29,429 nt of DNA from Thermoanaerobaculia bacterium (GTDB lineage Bacteria > Acidobacteriota > Thermoanaerobaculia > Multivoradales > UBA5704), in the NCBI GenBank assembly GCA_035544375.1, contig DATKFK010001020.1:1-29429 (forward strand), written 5' to 3'. Position numbers and translations under genes: made by a program. This document shows, one piece after another, positions 1 to 7,396 of the stretch. The notes under the pieces were generated by a model, which worked only from the letters and a program-made list of their open reading frames with translations, had not been told where the DNA came from and did no database searches. Each line of letters opens with the position of its first letter. Within the stretch, counting starts at the first letter, position 1.

Positions 1-72
1 CGACAGTGCATTGGCCGGCGGCCGCGCGAGCCGCAGCTCCCGCACCGCACCACGCTCGACGATGTCGATCAT
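1..72 (-). CDS. Partial (runs off window start): N-terminus of a probable enoyl-CoA hydratase/isomerase (crotonase) family protein
   Basis: Not in the ORF track. The minus strand reads ATG at 72 then MIDIVERGAVRELRLARPPANALS to the edge, matching the crotonase N-terminal pattern (V..L.L.RP..NAL). A purine-rich SD-like stretch (GGGGGAACGAGG) precedes the ATG. Only 24 codons are visible. Confidence 0.6.
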   Translation of the reverse strand, partial: MIDIVERGAVRELRLARPPANALS

Positions 73-163
73 CCTCGTTCCCCCTTTCTCCCCCAGGATA
101 GAATACTCGCCATCACGCCACGGTCCGGCGGCGCTCTGTCCAGGCCGCCGCGGGGAGGCCAGC

Positions 164-595
164 TTGGACGAAGACAAGCGCCGAGAGCTCCAGGCCCTGC
201 TGGGGACGATCGACAGCCGGCGAGAGCTCGACCGCTTCGGCGAGCGGGAGCGCCGGATCGAGAGCAACCGCCAGGTCTACCGCTTCGAGGAGCTGATGCG
301 TGCGGTGGTGGTGCCGACGCTGCGCATCTGCATGCTCGACCTCGACCGCAAGGGCCATTTCACCCGCCTGCGCGAGCTGTCGCCGCGCCGCGCGCGCCTG
401 GACCTGCAGATCCAGCTCGGCGCGCCGAAGCGCGGCGCCCTCGAGCTCGCCCTCATCGACGAGCAGCCCGACCGGCTGCGGGTGGACTACATCTGGGGCT
501 GGAAGCGCGAGCAGGAGGTCTTCCCGGTGAACCAGGTCGGCGATGCCTTCGTGACCGACCGCGTCCTGCACCTGGTGCGCGGCCTGGTGGCCTGA
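164..595 (+). CDS. Hypothetical protein (~143 aa)
   Basis: Part of ORF 11..595. Start chosen at TTG 164 because GGGGAGG lies at 152-158 and a TAGAAT -10-like hexamer at 99-104. GC3-rich codon usage. No family recognised. Confidence 0.6.
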   Translation: MDEDKRRELQALLGTIDSRRELDRFGERERRIESNRQVYRFEELMRAVVVPTLRICMLDLDRKGHFTRLRELSPRRARLDLQIQLGAPKRGALELALIDEQPDRLRVDYIWGWKREQEVFPVNQVGDAFVTDRVLHLVRGLVA

Positions 596-650
596 GACCC
601 GCCGCACCGGCATTCGACGCCCGCTCTTGGCGCGGCCTTCTCTCGTCTTG

Positions 651-739
651 CGATATTAAGTTGACGTCATTTCCACTGGCCCTACGATATAAAGATTGGT
701 ATAAGTCTCATTCGTCCCGCGATATAAAGTTGACGTTTT
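651..739 (+). promoter_or_regulatory. Three direct repeats CGATAT(T/A)AAG (651, 685, 720), candidate activator-binding/enhancer array upstream of pilin copy 1
   Basis: Repeats spaced 34-35 bp. Repeats 1 and 3 extend to CGATATWAAGTTGACGT (17 bp, 1 mismatch). Repeat 3 contains AAAGTTGACGTTTT (726-739), also present upstream of pilin copy 2. Confidence 0.6.
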
Positions 740-833
740 TTTGCTGAAAAAGAGCCGTTTTTCGGCGCTGCGAGCAACGGCTGCCTCGCGGCAAACCCCT
801 GTGCGGACTGTGTTCGGCGCTGCATCCAGGGCC

Positions 834-848
834 TGGCATCAACAATGC
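834..848 (+). promoter_or_regulatory. Sigma-54 (-24/-12) promoter of pilin copy 1
   Basis: TGGCATCAACAATGC has GG-N10-GC spacing and is close to the TGGCACG-N4-TTGC consensus. It lies 86 bp before the ATG and is mirrored upstream of copy 2. Confidence 0.75.
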
Positions 849-919
849 ACAAGCGAGGATGTAACTCTCCGGAAAGTGCCGTTAGAGCCACTGTCCCCTT
901 AGGGAGGAGGACTGAGAAA

Positions 920-1456
920 ATGCTCATGCGTCTTCGCAACCGCCAGCAGGGCTTCACCCTCATCGAGCTGCTGATCGTGGTCGCGATCATCGGCATCATC
1001 GCCGCGCTGTTGATTCCCAACTTCCTCGACGCGCTGCAGAAGTCGAAGCAGAAGCGCACCGAGGCCGACGTCCGCAACCTCGGCACCGCCATGTTCTCGT
1101 GGTTGACCGACCAGGCGGGCGCCGCCGCCGCCGGCGCCGCCGCCACCGGCGACGTCAACCTGGCCAACTTCCATTCCACCAACTCGACCGACCTGGGCAC
1201 CTGCCTGGTGTCGCAGTACATCCAGTCCATCCCGCTGCTCGACGGCTGGAAGCATCAATACTCCTATTACATGAACTACAGCAACCCGCTGGGCGGCGTC
1301 AACATCATGGCGATCCTCAGCTACGGCCGCGACGGCAAGGCCGACGCCGGCTCGCCCGACTACACGGTGACCGGTTTCGACCCGACCGACTACGACCGCG
1401 ACATCGTTTGGGCCGACGGCTACTTCGTCCGCTACGCGCAGAAGACCTCCGGCTAG
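920..1456 (+). CDS. Type IV pilin / GspG-like pseudopilin precursor, copy 1 (178 aa)
   Basis: Class III signal peptide MLMRLRNRQQG|FTLIELLIVVAIIGIIAALLIPNF with Glu5. C-terminal DGWxxxY and SYGxDG...DIV motifs are GspG-like. Strong SD GGGAGGAGG precedes ATG 920 (the ORF track start at 845 is too early). Confidence 0.9.
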   Translation: MLMRLRNRQQGFTLIELLIVVAIIGIIAALLIPNFLDALQKSKQKRTEADVRNLGTAMFSWLTDQAGAAAAGAAATGDVNLANFHSTNSTDLGTCLVSQYIQSIPLLDGWKHQYSYYMNYSNPLGGVNIMAILSYGRDGKADAGSPDYTVTGFDPTDYDRDIVWADGYFVRYAQKTSG

Positions 1457-1464
1457 CCGCCAGG

Positions 1465-1533
1465 CAGCCTCCTCGTTGCCGCCGTGACCAGGAGGCTGGC
1501 GCCCCGCCGCCGCCGCGCCCGAGGCGCGGCGGC
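1465..1533. terminator. Two GC-rich hairpins between convergent pilin copy 1 and ADH genes (possible bidirectional terminator)
   Basis: CAGCCTCCT(1465-1473)/AGGAGGCTG(1490-1498) and GCCGCCGCGCC(1509-1519)/GGCGCGGCGGC(1523-1533). No U-tract. Confidence 0.45.
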
Positions 1534-1540
1534 GCGCGCC

Positions 1541-2626
1541 TCATTCTCCGGGTTTGAGCAGCACCTTGATGGCCGCGTCCTGACGGCGCCCGAACAGCTC
1601 GTAGCCGCGCGGCCCGTCGCGCAGCGGCAGCACATGGCTGATGATCTCGGTCAGCGGCAGCCGCTCCGCCAGCACCCGCGGCAACAACCGTTCCATCATC
1701 GCCCGCGCGCTGCAGCGGCCAAACCGCAGGGTCAGGTTCTTGGCGTAGGCGGCGTGAACGGGCAGCGCGAAGACGTCGGCGGTGTGATAGCCGGCGACCG
1801 ACACCACGCCGCCGGGCCGCACCGCCTGCAGCGCCAGGTCGAGCGCCGCCGCGGTGCCCACCGCTTCGAGCGCCGCGTCGGCGCCGCGTCCCTCGGTCAG
1901 CTCGGCGAGCACCCGCGACAAGGCGCCCGCCCCGCCATCGCGCCCCAGGTTCACCACCGTCGCACCCAGCGCCGCCGCCTTGTCCAGCCGGTAGTCGATG
2001 CTGTCGACGGCCACCACGGCGCCGGCTCCCAACCACCGCGCCGCGACCACCGAGAGCAGCCCGATCGGGCCGCAGCCGATCACCGCCACCGTGTCTCCCG
2101 CCGCGAAGGCGGCGCCCTCGGCGCAGGCGACCGCGGTCGAGAAGACGTCCCCCAGGAAGAGCACGTCCTCGTCGGCCACCGCCGTGCCGTCGGGCCTCGC
2201 CGCCGGGACCCGCAGCAACGTCGATGCGGCGAGCGGCACGCGCACCAGCTCGGCCTGCGCCCCTTCGAGACCCTCGCCGCGGTCGTCGACGAAGCCGAAG
2301 CACTGCGAGCGCACGCACCGCGCGGTCAAGCCGCGCCGGCAGAAGAAGCACTCGCCGCAGCTCACCGTGAACGGCGCCAGCACGCGATCGCCGGCGGCCA
2401 GCCCGGGGACCTCGCCCGCCAGCGCCTCGACCACGCCGACGAGCTCATGCCCGAGGATGGTGCCCGGCCGCACGCCGCGGTCCCGTCCCTCGACGACGTG
2501 CAGGTCCGAGCCACAGATCGCCGCGGTCGTCACCCGCACCAGCGCGTCTCCCGGCTGCTCCAGCCGCGGCTCCGGCCGCTCGGCGAGCTCCACGCTGCCG
2601 ATACCACGCAGGACGATCGCCCTCAT
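1541..2626 (-). CDS. Zn-dependent alcohol dehydrogenase, medium-chain dehydrogenase/reductase family (glutathione-independent formaldehyde dehydrogenase-like)
   Basis: ICGSDLH, GHE, structural Zn CGECFFCRRGLTARC, GDVFST, Rossmann GCGPIG. Start set at MRAIVL (ATG 2626). Confidence 0.9.
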   Translation of the reverse strand: MRAIVLRGIGSVELAERPEPRLEQPGDALVRVTTAAICGSDLHVVEGRDRGVRPGTILGHELVGVVEALAGEVPGLAAGDRVLAPFTVSCGECFFCRRGLTARCVRSQCFGFVDDRGEGLEGAQAELVRVPLAASTLLRVPAARPDGTAVADEDVLFLGDVFSTAVACAEGAAFAAGDTVAVIGCGPIGLLSVVAARWLGAGAVVAVDSIDYRLDKAAALGATVVNLGRDGGAGALSRVLAELTEGRGADAALEAVGTAAALDLALQAVRPGGVVSVAGYHTADVFALPVHAAYAKNLTLRFGRCSARAMMERLLPRVLAERLPLTEIISHVLPLRDGPRGYELFGRRQDAAIKVLLKPGE

Positions 2627-2696
2627 CGCGAGCCGATCGTATCTCGCGGGCGGATGTCCTGGCCGCGATCCATCGCACTTCGAGGTATTTCCGCCG

Positions 2697-2734
2697 AAAG
2701 TTGACGTTTTGTGCCAAAAACGGGTGTCAAATTT
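2697..2734 (+). promoter_or_regulatory. Candidate activator-binding site upstream of pilin copy 2
   Basis: AAAGTTGACGTTTT (2697-2710) is identical to 726-739. It forms an imperfect inverted repeat AAAGTTGAC-N20-GTCAAATTT and lies 108 bp upstream of the -24 element, as in copy 1. Confidence 0.6.
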
Positions 2735-2804
2735 CGACAGCCCGGGCCGCATCCAGGCCCGCATCACCGACGATAGAGGCTGCGTTTTCCGCTCCCCCGG
2801 GGCC

Positions 2805-2819
2805 TGGCACCAAGCATGC
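2805..2819 (+). promoter_or_regulatory. Sigma-54 (-24/-12) promoter of pilin copy 2
   Basis: TGGCACCAAGCATGC with GG-N10-GC spacing. The 22-bp block GGGCCTGGCAYCAASMATGCAC is shared with copy 1 (3 mismatches) while the surrounding DNA is not alignable. Confidence 0.75.
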
Positions 2820-2894
2820 ACTGACCGGAGCCAGCTTTTCGGACGCAAGCAGATAGAGAAGAATCAATACCCTTTGAGGAGGAGGACCGTAGAT

Positions 2895-3431
2895 ATGCTG
2901 AGTCGCCTTCGTAACCGCCAGAAGGGCTTCACCCTGATCGAGCTGCTGATCGTGGTCGCGATCATCGGCATCATCGCCGCGCTGTTGATTCCCAACTTCC
3001 TCGACGCACTGCAGAAGTCGAAGCAGAAGCGCACCGAGGCCGACGTCCGCAACCTCGGCACGGCCATGTTCTCCTGGCTGACCGACCAGGCGGGTGCCGC
3101 CGCCGCCGGCGCCGCCGCCACCGGCGACGTCAACCTGGCCAACTTCCAGTCGACCAATTCCACCGACCTGGGCACCTGCCTGGTATCGCAGTACATCCAG
3201 TCCATCCCGCTGCTCGACGGCTGGAAGCACCAGTACTCGTACTACATGAACTACAGCAACCCGCTGGGCGGCGTCAACATCATGGCGATCCTCAGCTACG
3301 GCCGCGACGGCAAGGCCGACGCCGGCTCGCCCGACTACACCGTGACCGGCTTCGACCCGACCGACTACGACCGCGACATCGTCTGGGCCGACGGCTACTT
3401 CGTGCGCTACGCGCAGAAGACCTCGGGCTAA
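2895..3431 (+). CDS. Type IV pilin / GspG-like pseudopilin precursor, copy 2 (178 aa)
   Basis: MLSRLRNRQKG|FTLIELLIVVAIIG. Three amino-acid differences from copy 1. SD GAGGAGGAGG precedes ATG 2895 (this is the real 3' part of ORF 1998..3431). Confidence 0.9.
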   Translation: MLSRLRNRQKGFTLIELLIVVAIIGIIAALLIPNFLDALQKSKQKRTEADVRNLGTAMFSWLTDQAGAAAAGAAATGDVNLANFQSTNSTDLGTCLVSQYIQSIPLLDGWKHQYSYYMNYSNPLGGVNIMAILSYGRDGKADAGSPDYTVTGFDPTDYDRDIVWADGYFVRYAQKTSG

Positions 3432-3478
3432 GCGCCGCTCCACCGCTCTTTCCTGCTGGTCCACAGTGGTCCCCATCC

Positions 3479-3510
3479 GGGTGTCGCAGTCGCGGCACCC
3501 TTTTTTATTT
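3479..3510 (+). terminator. Intrinsic (Rho-independent) terminator after pilin copy 2
   Basis: GGGTGTCGC-AGTC-GCGGCACCC 9-bp stem (one G-U) followed by TTTTTTATTT. Confidence 0.85.
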
Positions 3511-3613
3511 GGCGGCCGGTTTCATTCAGCGGCGGGCCTCGTGGCCAGCCATGGCGCCCGGCGCCCGGCATAGAATGACGGCGGCCAGAAAAGCGGAGGG
3601 ACCGCAACCGCAC

Positions 3614-4822
3614 GTGCAACCCGAGCCTTCGGACAGCCTCGAGCCGCGGCTCTCGGAGCTGCGCCGCCTGATCGCCGGCGAGGTCGTGCCGCTCGAACCG
3701 GAAATGCTCCGCGGCGGCTTCCAGGCCGTCGAGCCGCGCCTGCTCGCGTTGCGCGCCCGTATCCGCGCCCTGGGGCTCTTCGCGCCGCACCTGCCGCGCG
3801 CCTGGGGCGGCGCCGGGCTCAGCCTGCCCGAGCTGGCCAGGGTCGGCGAGATCCTCGGCTGGAGCCCGCTCGGCCACTACCTCTGCAACTGCCAGGCTCC
3901 GGACGCCGGCAACATGGAGCTGCTGCTGCGGCACGGCACCGGCGAACAGCGCGAGCGTTGGCTGGGGCCGCTGGCGCGCGGCGAGCTGCGCAGCTGCTTC
4001 GGCATGACCGAACCCGAGCTGCCGGGCTCGAACCCTGTCTGGATGGCGACCACGGCCCGCCGCGACTGCGGCGACTACGTCATCGACGGACACAAGTGGT
4101 TCACCTCCGGCGCCGACGGCGCCGCCTTCTGCATCGTGATGGCCGTCACCGACGCCGCCGCCGCGCCGCACGCCCGCGCCAGCATGCTGGTGGTGCCTGC
4201 CGGCACGCCGGGGTACGAGCTGGTGCGCAACCTGCCGGTGATGGGCGAGGCCGGCGGCGGCTGGGCCAGCCATGGCGAGGTGCGGCTGCGCGGCGTCCGC
4301 GTGCCTCTGGGCCACCGCATCGGCGCCGAAGGCGGCGGCTTCGCGCTCGCCCAGGAGCGGCTGGGGCCCGGCCGCATCCACCATTGCATGCGCTGGATCG
4401 GCATCTGCGAGCGGGCCTTCGACCTGATGTGCCGGCGGGCGGTGACGCGCGAGCTGTCCCCGGGCGAGACCCTCGCCTCTCGCCAGCTGGTGCAGGCCTG
4501 GGTGGCCGAGAGCCGCGCCGACATCGACGCTTCCCGCCTGCTGGTGCTGCGCACCGCGGAGCGCATCGAGCGCGAGGGCGCCGCGGCGGCGCGCGACGAC
4601 GTCTCGCTGATCAAGTTCCACGTCGCCGGCGTGATGCAGCGCGTTCTCGACCACGCGCTGCAGACGCACGGCGCCGCCGGCCTGCTCGACGGCACGCCGC
4701 TCGCCTTCTGGTGGCGCCACGAGCGCGGTGCGCGCATCTACGACGGCCCCGACGAGGTGCACAAGACCGCCGTCGCGCGGCGCATCCTCGCCGCCTATGC
4801 CCGCGGGGGGCCCGGCGCTTGA
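3614..4822 (+). CDS. Acyl-CoA dehydrogenase (ACAD10/ACAD11 C-terminal-like group)
   Basis: NCQAPDAGNMELL, SCFGMTEP..GSNP, IDGHKWFTSGA, QERLGPGRIHHCMR, RIYDGPDEVH. Start uncertain: GTG 3614 after GGAGGG, or ATG 3575. Confidence 0.9.
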   Translation: MQPEPSDSLEPRLSELRRLIAGEVVPLEPEMLRGGFQAVEPRLLALRARIRALGLFAPHLPRAWGGAGLSLPELARVGEILGWSPLGHYLCNCQAPDAGNMELLLRHGTGEQRERWLGPLARGELRSCFGMTEPELPGSNPVWMATTARRDCGDYVIDGHKWFTSGADGAAFCIVMAVTDAAAAPHARASMLVVPAGTPGYELVRNLPVMGEAGGGWASHGEVRLRGVRVPLGHRIGAEGGGFALAQERLGPGRIHHCMRWIGICERAFDLMCRRAVTRELSPGETLASRQLVQAWVAESRADIDASRLLVLRTAERIEREGAAAARDDVSLIKFHVAGVMQRVLDHALQTHGAAGLLDGTPLAFWWRHERGARIYDGPDEVHKTAVARRILAAYARGGPGA

Positions 4823-6003
4823 GCGGGCCTCCGGCTGCCTCGCCGGTCTCCTTCGCGGCGCCCGACCGGCCGCGCCCGGTGCGCCCGGGCGAGGAGCTGC
4901 CGGTCGGGCCGCTGGCCGCCTGGCTGCGCGACCACCTCCCCGGATCGGCCGCGCCCCCGGCGTCCCCCGCTTCCCCGGCTGCCCCGGCGTCCCCATCGGC
5001 GGCGCTGACCGTCGAGCAGTATCCCGGCGGGCATACCAACCTCACCTACCTGCTGCGCTGGGACGGCCGCGAGCTGGTGCTGCGCCGGCCGCCGCTCGGG
5101 GCCAGCGTCAAGACCGCGCACGACATGGGCCGCGAGCACCGCGTGCTGTCGCGCCTCGCCGGGCGCTACCCCAAGGCGCCGCGGGCGCTCGCCGCCTGCG
5201 ACGACCCGGCTATCATCGGCGCGCCGTTCTTCCTCATGGAACGGATCGACGGCGTTATCCTTCGCGGGCTCCGCGGGCTGCCGGCCGGCGGCCCGGTGCC
5301 GCCTCCCGAGCGCCTGCGCGCCGTCAGCGAGGCGACGGTCGAAGCGCTCGCCGAGCTGCATGCGATCGACGTCGCGGCAGCCGGGCTCGCGGACCTCGGC
5401 CGGCCCGCCGGCTACGCCGCCCGCCAGGTGAGCGGCTGGACCGAGCGCTGGCAGCGCGCCGCGACCGATCCGGCGCCGGACGTCGATCGCGCCGCGGCCT
5501 GGCTCGCCGATCACCTGCCGCGGCGGCCGCCGGCCGAGGAGGAAGCGGCGGCGACGCTGATCCACAACGACTTCAAGCTCGACAACCTGGTGCTCACCGC
5601 CGATCTCGGCGCCGTCGTCGCCGTCCTCGACTGGGAGATGGCGACGGTCGGCGACCCGCTGATGGACCTCGGCACCAGCCTCGGCTACTGGCTCGACCCC
5701 GGCGACGGCGAGGCGTTGCGGCTCCTGCCGGGCGGCCTCACCGCCCTGCCCGGCAACCTGTCGCGGATCGAGGTCGTCGAGCGTTACTGCGGCAGGACCG
5801 GCCGCGACGCCTCCGAGATCCTGTTCTACTACGTCTTCGGCCTGCTCAAGATCGCCGTCATCGCCCAGCAGATCTTCTACCGCTACCGCCGCGGCCTGAC
5901 CCGCGACGAGCGCTTCGCATCGCTTGGCGAAGGCGTCCGGCTGCTGGGCCGCACCGCCGCCCAGGCCATCGCCCGCCGGCGCATCGACCGTCTTTGGGAC
6001 TGA
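4819..6003 (+). CDS. Aminoglycoside phosphotransferase-like kinase (ACAD10/11 N-terminal-like family)
   Basis: GGHTNLTY, VLRRPP, HDMGREHRVL, HNDFKLDNLV, VLDWEMATVGDPLMDLG. TTG start overlaps the ACAD stop (TTGA), implying translational coupling. Confidence 0.88.
   Translation: MSGPPAASPVSFAAPDRPRPVRPGEELPVGPLAAWLRDHLPGSAAPPASPASPAAPASPSAALTVEQYPGGHTNLTYLLRWDGRELVLRRPPLGASVKTAHDMGREHRVLSRLAGRYPKAPRALAACDDPAIIGAPFFLMERIDGVILRGLRGLPAGGPVPPPERLRAVSEATVEALAELHAIDVAAAGLADLGRPAGYAARQVSGWTERWQRAATDPAPDVDRAAAWLADHLPRRPPAEEEAAATLIHNDFKLDNLVLTADLGAVVAVLDWEMATVGDPLMDLGTSLGYWLDPGDGEALRLLPGGLTALPGNLSRIEVVERYCGRTGRDASEILFYYVFGLLKIAVIAQQIFYRYRRGLTRDERFASLGEGVRLLGRTAAQAIARRRIDRLWD
4951..4995 (+). repeat. In-frame 9-bp minisatellite (x5) encoding APPASPASPAAPASP
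   Basis: gcgcccccg/gcgtccccc/gcttccccg/gctgccccg/gcgtcccca. Confidence 0.6.
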
Positions 6004-6016
6004 GGGGCGGGCAGTC

Positions 6017-7318
6017 TTGCCGCACGCTCCCGGCCCGCGCGCCTTCGCCTCGCGGCGAGTCCTCCGCCGCCTGCGCCGCCTGAGGCCCATGCTGCGGCCC
6101 GGCGTCGATCACCGCCTGCCGCCGGAGCTGACCGCCCGCCGCATCGGCCGCCTGGCGGCCGCCCTGCCCACCGGGGTGCGCGGCCCCGGGCTCGAGACGC
6201 TGCTGCGCCGCGTCGAGACGAAGCCCGTTCACCCCGGCAACCAGCTCGAGCTCTACCACACCGGCGAAGCCGCCTTCGCCGCCATGTTCCAGGCCGTCGC
6301 CGCCGCCCGCCAGGAGGTCCTGCTCGAGTCGTACATCTTCAAGGACGACGCGGTCGGCCGCGGCATGCTCGACGAGCTGGCGGCGGCGGCGCGCCGGGGA
6401 GTCGCGGTGCGGGTGCTGGCCGACGCGCTCGGTTCGCTCGCGACCCGCGCCGATTTCTGGCGCGACATGGCCCGGCGCGGCGTCGACGCCCACCTCTTCA
6501 ATCCCCTGTTCAAGCACCTGTGGTACCAGCCCTTCCGCGATCATCGCAAGCTGCTGGTCGTGGACCGCAACGTCGGTTTCACCGGCGGCATGAACATCGG
6601 CGTCGAGTATGGCTCGCCGAGCGCCCCCGGCGGGCCGTGGCGGGACACCCACGTGCGCGTGACCGGTCCCGCCGCCTGGACGATGGCCATCGTCTTCAAC
6701 GAGGGCTGGGAGTACGCCGGCGGCGAGCCGATCGACCTGCCGCCGCTCACCGTGGCGCCGGACCTTCCGGGCGCGCGGGTCCTGGTGCTGGATGCGCGGC
6801 CGCTGCGCGGCAACCGCGAGGCCGCGGCCTCGCTGGTGGCCATCGCCGCCGCCGCCCGCGAGCGCCTGTGGATCACCAACGCCTACTTCGCCCCCGGCCA
6901 CACCGCCGTCCGCACCCTGGCCGGCGCCGCCCGCCGCGGCGTCGATGTCCGCCTCCTCCTCCCCGGCCGCTCCGACGTGCCGATCGTCCGCCATGCCGGC
7001 CACGGCTACTTCGGCGATCTCCTGCGCCTCGGCGTCCGCATCTTCGAGTACGGCGCCGCCGTCCTCCACGCCAAGTCCCTGGTCGCCGACGGCTATCTCT
7101 CCGTCGTCGGGTCCACCAACCTCGACTTCCGTTCCTTCCTGTTCAACGCCGAGTGCAACCTGGTGGTCTTCGATGCCCCCTTCGCCGCCCGCCTCGAGGA
7201 GTCCTTCGCCGGCGACCTCGCCAATGCCGCCGAGATCACCCTCCCCGCCTGGCGCCGCCGCCCGCTGCTCCACCGCGCCGGCGACCGCCTGGCCCGGATG
7301 CTGTCGCCGATCCTGTAG
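6017..7318 (+). CDS. Cardiolipin synthase-like phospholipase D (ClsB-type, no N-terminal TM helices)
   Basis: Two HKD motifs (DHRKLLVVD, LHAKSLVAD), GGMNIG, WRDTH, ITNAYFAP, GSTNLDFRS. Start uncertain: TTG 6017 or ATG 6089. Confidence 0.88.
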   Translation: MPHAPGPRAFASRRVLRRLRRLRPMLRPGVDHRLPPELTARRIGRLAAALPTGVRGPGLETLLRRVETKPVHPGNQLELYHTGEAAFAAMFQAVAAARQEVLLESYIFKDDAVGRGMLDELAAAARRGVAVRVLADALGSLATRADFWRDMARRGVDAHLFNPLFKHLWYQPFRDHRKLLVVDRNVGFTGGMNIGVEYGSPSAPGGPWRDTHVRVTGPAAWTMAIVFNEGWEYAGGEPIDLPPLTVAPDLPGARVLVLDARPLRGNREAAASLVAIAAAARERLWITNAYFAPGHTAVRTLAGAARRGVDVRLLLPGRSDVPIVRHAGHGYFGDLLRLGVRIFEYGAAVLHAKSLVADGYLSVVGSTNLDFRSFLFNAECNLVVFDAPFAARLEESFAGDLANAAEITLPAWRRRPLLHRAGDRLARMLSPIL

Positions 7319-7396
7319 ATCAGCGGCGCCACCGTTCCGCCCGGCCCCAAGGGCTCCGCGGTGGCCCTTGCCGCGCTGCGTGGCGCTCCCTGCGGC

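Noticed and set aside
790-830. GGCAAACC upstream of pilin copy 1, resembling the start of a c-di-GMP-I riboswitch
   Set aside because: The GAAA tetraloop and downstream GACGCAAAGC-type elements are absent, and the site lies upstream of the sigma-54 promoter, so it would not be in the mRNA.
953-1456. High aromatic content of the mature pilin (19 F/W/Y in 167 aa, ~11%), suggesting a conductive e-pilin
   Set aside because: Positions 27, 32 and 57 are not aromatic, there are 22-23-residue aromatic-free gaps, and the aromatic-density heuristic is itself disputed.
1998-2894. N-terminal 299 aa of the 477-aa ORF as a pilin fusion
   Set aside because: It is antisense to the ADH gene and runs through the promoter region; the strong SD and class III signal peptide define the start at 2895.
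920-3431. Pilin antigenic variation from a silent cassette (Neisseria pilE/pilS style)
   Set aside because: Both copies are full length with a promoter and SD, and the mature proteins differ by one residue, so there is no variable repertoire.
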